From positions 1 to 40,675 of the forward strand of contig CBFGIY010000012.1 in assembly GCA_965648935.1 (NCBI GenBank): a stretch of DNA of 40,675 bases. Reading direction: 5' to 3'. Positions 36,594 through 40,675 of this stretch are shown here, piece after piece. The notes beneath the pieces are model-generated. The model ran no database searches. It saw nothing but the letters and a program-made list of their open reading frames with translations, and was not told the DNA's origin. Position 1 is the stretch's first letter. Each line of letters begins with the position of its first letter. Origin of the DNA: a candidate division WOR-3 bacterium. Lineage in GTDB: Bacteria; Hydrothermota; Tepidihabitantia; Tepidihabitantales; Tepidihabitantaceae. Position numbers and translations under genes: made by a program.

Positions 36594-36621
36594 TTGACTC
36601 AGGCCGGGGCCGGGCTAGTAT
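36594..36621 (+). promoter_or_regulatory. sigma70-like promoter, leaderless (mla operon)
   Basis: TTGACT-16-TAGTAT; in-frame TTG 7 nt downstream (the ATG at 36620 is inside the -10). Confidence 0.6.
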
Positions 36622-36628
36622 GGGCCGC

Positions 36629-37369
36629 TTGAGAATACTAGCGGTCCCGGCCGACTACTTCCTCTTCGCGCTGCGCTGCGTCCTGCCGCCGTGGGACTTC
36701 CGGCGCACCGGGCCGCGCTTCGTCGAGGCGGTCATCAATCACGGGCTCAGCGCGCTGCCCATCATCGTCCTCGCCGCGGTGTTTGTCGGGCTGACCACCG
36801 CGCTGCAGACTTCCTACCAGCTCATGGGCGTCGTGCCCAAGTTCTTTGTCGGGATGGGCGTGGGCCGGCTCGTGCTCATCGAGCTGGCCCCGGTGTTCGC
36901 CGGGTTCATTGTGGCCGGGCGCTCGGCTTCCTCAATCGCGGCCGAGCTCGGCTCGATGCGCGTCTCGGACCAGATCGACGCGCTGTCGGTGATGGGCGTG
37001 GACACTTACCGCTATCTCTGCCTGCCGCGGATCCTGGCGACCACGGCGTGCCTGCCGATACTGGTCGTGGCGATGGAGCTCGTGGCCATCGCGACCGCGC
37101 TGTACATCTCGGACCTCGCGCTGGGCGTACCCGCGGCGACCTTCATGTACGGGATGTACCGCTTCTTTCTCGTGTCCGACTTCATCGGCGGCCTGGTCAA
37201 GGCGCTGGTGTTCGGCCTGCTGGTCGGGCTGAACGGCTGCTTCTTCGGGTTCAATGTCAGCGGCGGGGCCGAGGGCGTGGGCCGGGCAACGACCCGCGCG
37301 GTCGTCGCGTCCGCGACCCTGATACTGGTGGTCGACTTCTTCATCGCGCTGGCGTTCTTCCATCTATGA
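36629..37369 (+). CDS. mlaE: MlaE-family ABC transporter permease
   Basis: 'ELAPV...AGRSASSIAAELGSMRVSDQIDALSVMGVD...PRILA', 'GAEGVGRATTRAVV'. Confidence 0.9.
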   Translation: MRILAVPADYFLFALRCVLPPWDFRRTGPRFVEAVINHGLSALPIIVLAAVFVGLTTALQTSYQLMGVVPKFFVGMGVGRLVLIELAPVFAGFIVAGRSASSIAAELGSMRVSDQIDALSVMGVDTYRYLCLPRILATTACLPILVVAMELVAIATALYISDLALGVPAATFMYGMYRFFLVSDFIGGLVKALVFGLLVGLNGCFFGFNVSGGAEGVGRATTRAVVASATLILVVDFFIALAFFHL

Positions 37370-38064
37370 TACGGCTGGTCGAGGTGAGCAAGCGGCTGCG
37401 CGGGGTGACGGTGCTGGACCGGGTGAGCCTTGACGTGCCCGACCGGCAGGCGACCGCGATACTCGGGCCGTCCGGGGTCGGCAAGTCGGTCCTGCTCCGG
37501 ACAATGGCCGGGTTGCTCGAACCCGACTCGGGCGCGGTCGAGTTCGACGGCAGGGCCATGCGCTACGGCCTGTTCGCCGACAACGCGGGAGTCACGGGCG
37601 GCATCGGTTACGTGTTTCAGGGCGGGGCCCTGTTCGACTCGCTGACCGTGGCCGAGAACGTCGCCCTGCCGCTCGAGGAGACCCTGCGGCGCGACGGCGA
37701 GAGCGTGCGCCGGCGCGTGGCCGAGGCGCTTGAGGCGGTCGGGATGGAGCGCAACGCCGCGCTCGTCCCGGCCCAGCTCTCGGGCGGGATGGCGCGGCTG
37801 GTGGCGATCGCCCGGGCCCTGGTCACCGAGCCGCGCTACGTGTTTCTCGACGAGCCGACCACCGGGCTCGACCCGGTCGTGGCCGAGCGGGTGATCGAAC
37901 TGATGCGCCGGCTGCGCGACGAGCAGGGCCGCACTGTCGTGCTGGTGACGCACGACCTCGCGGCCGCGCGCGCCGTGGCCGACCGGCTGTTCCTTTTGCG
38001 GTCCGGGCGGCTCGAACCGGCCGACCGCGTTTCCAGGGAGGACTATGCGCAGGCGTATTCGTGA
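37366..38064 (+). CDS. mlaF: MlaF-family ABC transporter ATP-binding protein
   Basis: GPSGVGKS, FQGGALFDSLTVAENV, LSGGM, LDEPTTGLDP, VTHD. Confidence 0.88.
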   Translation: MIRLVEVSKRLRGVTVLDRVSLDVPDRQATAILGPSGVGKSVLLRTMAGLLEPDSGAVEFDGRAMRYGLFADNAGVTGGIGYVFQGGALFDSLTVAENVALPLEETLRRDGESVRRRVAEALEAVGMERNAALVPAQLSGGMARLVAIARALVTEPRYVFLDEPTTGLDPVVAERVIELMRRLRDEQGRTVVLVTHDLAAARAVADRLFLLRSGRLEPADRVSREDYAQAYS

Positions 38065-38788
38065 GATTGTCGTGGCCCTGTTCATTCTCGGCGGGCTGGC
38101 AGCGGCGGTGTTCGGCTACTTCTGGTTCTCGGGCCGGATACAGAACACCAACCGCCAGCAGGTGACCGTGCACTTCGGAGGCGTGGCCGGGCTGCGCGCC
38201 GGCGACCCGGTGCAGGTGCTGGGCATCGAGAAGGGCCGGGTGCGCTCGGTCACGCTCGAGGGCAGCCGGGTCAGGGTCGTGGCCGCGCTCGACCCCGACG
38301 TCGCGCTCACCGAGGACACGCGCTTCGGGATCCGCTCGATGAGCTACCTCGGCAGCGACCGCTACCTTCTGGTCGAGCCGGGCAGCGGGCCGCGCGCCGG
38401 ACCGGGCCGCGTATTCGAAGGCCGCAACGAGGCGCTCGACCTCGAAGAGACCTTCCTGCGGCTCGACTCGCTGCTCTACGCGCTCGACCCGAGCCAGCTC
38501 ACGACCCAGCTCGGCACGCTGAAAGACGAACTCGCCGGGCTGGTCAGAAGCGAGGCCGGGCACCTCAGCGGCAATGTCGCGCGCGTCGCGGTCTCACTGG
38601 AGCAGATATCAGGCAAGGTCGACAGCCTCGTCGACCCGAACTCGACCGCGGGCAGGCTTGCCGGCTCGTCCGAGCTGTACGACGAGTTGCGCCAGACCAA
38701 CGCCGAGCTCAAAGCGCTGATTGAGGACATCAAGACCAACCCGGAACGCTACGTCAAGGTGCGGTTCAGCATCTTCGGCAGGAAATGA
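38045..38788 (+). CDS. mlaD: MlaD/MCE-family protein
   Basis: N-terminal TM; 'VAGLRAGDPVQVLGIEKGRV'; helical C-terminus 'LIEDIKTNPERY'. Confidence 0.88.
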   Translation: MRRRIREIVVALFILGGLAAAVFGYFWFSGRIQNTNRQQVTVHFGGVAGLRAGDPVQVLGIEKGRVRSVTLEGSRVRVVAALDPDVALTEDTRFGIRSMSYLGSDRYLLVEPGSGPRAGPGRVFEGRNEALDLEETFLRLDSLLYALDPSQLTTQLGTLKDELAGLVRSEAGHLSGNVARVAVSLEQISGKVDSLVDPNSTAGRLAGSSELYDELRQTNAELKALIEDIKTNPERYVKVRFSIFGRK

Positions 38789-38815
38789 GCCGGACCGAAG
38801 AAGGCGTCCTGCCGG

Positions 38816-39475
38816 CTACCTGCCGCGGGGCGCGGGTTCGAGCCTGACGTATCTGGCGGAGACCTCCGCCGATATCCAGAGCCCTCAGCACGCGCCGGTG
38901 CCGGACCCGAACGACTCCAGCGTGACCCGCACGCTTGAAACCTGGCCCGGCACGATGCCCTTGAGATTGTGGCGCAGCTCCTCGCCGATGTTCACGCTCA
39001 GGTCCTGCCAGTCGCCGCGCCGGGCGACCGGGACGAGGCTGATCGTCCGTGACTTCTGCCAGGGCGCGGCGCCAGTCGTCGAGTACCAGCGGGTCTCGCC
39101 CAGCCGCTTGCCCGACTTGTCGTAGTAGCCGAGCACGACCGCGGAGTAGGCGTAGTAGTCGGGCCGGGTCGACTCGACCGCGAACCGCGCGCGGGCGGAG
39201 AAGACCGTGTTCAGATTGGGGAGAGCCACGTCCTGTTCGATGCGCGCGTGACCGCACATCGTCTTCTGCACCTTCACGCCGCCGTCCTTCAGGACGGCGA
39301 CCGTGTTCGAGCCGACAAGGTCCTTGGCCGACTTGTTCCAGCCCGTGGCGAGGGGCTGGGAGAAGTCGCCGTTGACCAGCCGGGGATTGGGCGCGGGCAG
39401 GGCCGGGGCGGCCGGCGGCTGGGCGGCAAAAGCCGCCATGCCGGCAAATGCGAGCAACAGTGTTCGTATGACCAT
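38816..39475 (-). CDS. secreted CBM-like jelly-roll protein; candidate selenoprotein (Cys-Sec, UGA at 38885-38887)
   Basis: Signal peptide, 'LVNGDFSQ'; ORF ends ...GTGAC-TGA, then reads GLWISAEVSARYVRLEPAPRGR-TAG; SECIS-like hairpin follows the TGA. Without read-through the CDS is 38885-39475. Confidence 0.65.
38840..38884 (-). promoter_or_regulatory. bacterial SECIS-like element
   Basis: GGGC.CTGG.TATC.GGCGGA-GGTC-TCCGCC.GATA.TCAG.GCTC; apex AGGTCT begins 19 nt after the TGA. Confidence 0.65.
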
Positions 39476-39480
39476 GAGAA

Positions 39481-39509
39481 ATGCTAAGGGGCGCGCCGGA
39501 GGCAGTCAA
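39481..39509 (-). promoter_or_regulatory. sigma70-like promoter, leaderless
   Basis: TTGACT-17-TAGCAT; ATG 5 nt downstream. Confidence 0.65.
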
Positions 39510-39600
39510 AGGAAACAGGGCCGGCGGCTGTTGTCCGGGCCGCACGCGGGAGGGTCGCGCCCCGTGAGTGCGCTGGCGGCCTTCGGCTGGGGGTGCAAAT

Positions 39601-39912
39601 CGCCAGCGAAGGAATCGACCGGCAAAATCACCGGACTCTCCACAACCGATAGTGGTTCGGACAGGGATGGAATACCATAGGTTGTGGAGGGGGTGACCCC
39701 GGTGATGACCGTCGGTTCCAAACCGGGGTCGGGCTCCGCATCAAGCATCTGGGCGACGTTGCCTGCGAGTCCCGATGCTAGTGTCGGTGTAATGCCCCGT
39801 GTGACAGCGAGTTCGAGCCGGAGAACGAAGCTGATTATCAGACAGGCGGATAACTGGCTGTTGAACATGGTGTTAACCCGGCGTTCTACGTGGTGTGTGA
39901 CCTGCACGACCA
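39601..39912. repeat. degenerate 12-nt-period array
   Basis: In 12-nt blocks from 39685 to 39912, 18 of 19 end in A; units such as ggggtgacccc and ggtgtaatgccc. Confidence 0.6.
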
Positions 39913-40082
39913 ATTTCGCAGCCGGCCGGGGGATGTGTCAGGTATTGTGTGGGAGGCTGTTCTGCGGTCTCCCAGCCAGGGTCGCAATGATTCTGGCTAG
40001 CAAACCAGTGCCTGCTTGCCGTACGGGCCGGCGCGGCAAGGGGTAATCGCCGCGCCGGGATATGGCCTGCGGTCTATCGAGT

Positions 40083-40111
40083 TTGACGGAAGGGCCATCT
40101 TGCGGTATAAT
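40083..40111 (+). promoter_or_regulatory. near-consensus promoter with no adjacent CDS
   Basis: TTGACG-17-TATAAT. Confidence 0.65.
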
Positions 40112-40117
40112 TTATCC

Positions 40118-40200
40118 GTTCGAGAGTGTTGACTAGGGGCCGGGGCTCCAGCTCGTTGTCTACCTACGGCGCAGCCGGGGTCCCGCCCCGCCATTCTCTC
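40118..40200 (+). ncRNA. candidate small structured RNA or leader
   Basis: Long interrupted hairpin directly after the promoter; no family recognised. Confidence 0.35.
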
Positions 40201-40230
40201 TCCGCCTCAAACCGGACCGGCGTTGCCGGG

Positions 40231-40259
40231 TTGACCGTTGCGTCGTGCAGGGCTATGCT
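40231..40259 (+). promoter_or_regulatory. sigma70-like promoter, leaderless
   Basis: TTGACC-17-TATGCT; GTG 5 nt downstream. Confidence 0.65.
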
Positions 40260-40264
40260 CGATT

Positions 40265-40675
40265 GTGGACGCGCCACAGAGCGGCCGGATTCGCGTGGGA
40301 ACCAGCGGTTTCTCTTTCGACGACTGGCTGGGCCGGGTGTACCCGGCCGGGCTGCCCAAGAACAGGATGCTGGAGTTTTACGAGTCGGCGCTGGGGTTCG
40401 ACGCGGTCGAGCTGAACTACACTTACTACTCGATGCCCGTGCCGCGCACCCTCGCCGGGATGCTTGAGCGCACCGGGCCGGGGTTCGAGTTCGTGGTGCG
40501 GTCGAACAGGGCGATGACCCACGACATCTGGATTGACGAGGACCGGCGCGCGCTCAAGGACACGGCCGCGGAGTTCAGAAGGTTCCGCGCGGGCATCGCG
40601 CCGCTGGTCGATTCAGGGCGGCTCGGGTGCGTGCTGGTGCAGTTGCCGTCGTTTTTCTGGCCGTCTGAGGCCAAT
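40265..40675 (+). CDS. DUF72 (YecE/YunF-like) protein, 3'-truncated by the window edge
   Basis: Manual translation: MDAPQSGRIRVGTSGFSFDDWLGRVYP...FDAVELNYTYYSMP...LGCVLVQLPSFF; not in the ORF track because it has no stop within the window. Confidence 0.85.
   Translation, partial: MDAPQSGRIRVGTSGFSFDDWLGRVYPAGLPKNRMLEFYESALGFDAVELNYTYYSMPVPRTLAGMLERTGPGFEFVVRSNRAMTHDIWIDEDRRALKDTAAEFRRFRAGIAPLVDSGRLGCVLVQLPSFFWPSEAN

Noticed and set aside
15349..38788. Sec read-through at other TGA stops (rdgB, methyltransferase, JAB, iorA/B, PLD, mlaD)
   Set aside because: The proteins look complete, and I saw no Cys context or SECIS-like hairpin after these stops
39585..39720. tmRNA, RNase P, SRP or cobalamin riboswitch
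   Set aside because: Only fragmentary resemblances (GGGGGTG, GGAGAGTCCGG, GGTGCAAATC); the required partner motifs are absent
39601..39912. CRISPR array
   Set aside because: No conserved 23-47-nt direct repeat with unique spacers, and no cas genes
40126..40467. 113-aa ORF behind the orphan promoter
   Set aside because: Overlaps the DUF72 promoter and CDS out of frame and has no recognisable features

Overview
A GC-rich, gene-dense bacterial chromosomal window with no transposase, integrase, CRISPR array or rRNA. The gene content (PorV-like barrel, multidomain secreted peptidases with FlgD/T9SS-type C-termini, Ior, butyrate kinase) suggests an anaerobic diderm peptide fermenter resembling WOR-3/FCB-adjacent lineages; this is an inference. 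From left to right it contains: (1) a + operon of three outer-membrane barrel proteins (one with ComEA-like HhH domains), 5'-nucleotidase, a RecJ-like DHH nuclease and RlmI; (2) a translationally coupled - strand operon of four uncharacterised membrane proteins (FN3/DUF6754-like first gene) followed by tolB; (3) a DUF3108-like gene, manC, rdgB, tRNA-Pro(TGG), tRNA-Arg(TCT), a methyltransferase, a queuosine-precursor transporter and a lipoprotein; (4) a JAB/MPN protein; (5) S8, C25 and M14 secreted peptidases that share a C-terminal module and surround buk-iorA-iorB and a secreted PLD-family protein; (6) dCMP deaminase, mlaEFD, a secreted protein and a partial DUF72 gene. The main finding is the secreted protein at 39475 (-). 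It appears to end Cys-TGA, but the TGA is followed directly by an fdhF-like SECIS hairpin (AGGUCU apex) and 22 more sense codons, making it a candidate selenoprotein with a vicinal Cys-Sec motif. Other findings are pervasive leaderless genes behind sigma70-like promoters (often with 16-bp spacers), a cryptic 12-nt-periodic array, an orphan promoter followed by a hairpin RNA candidate, and a possible nucleic-acid scavenging system.
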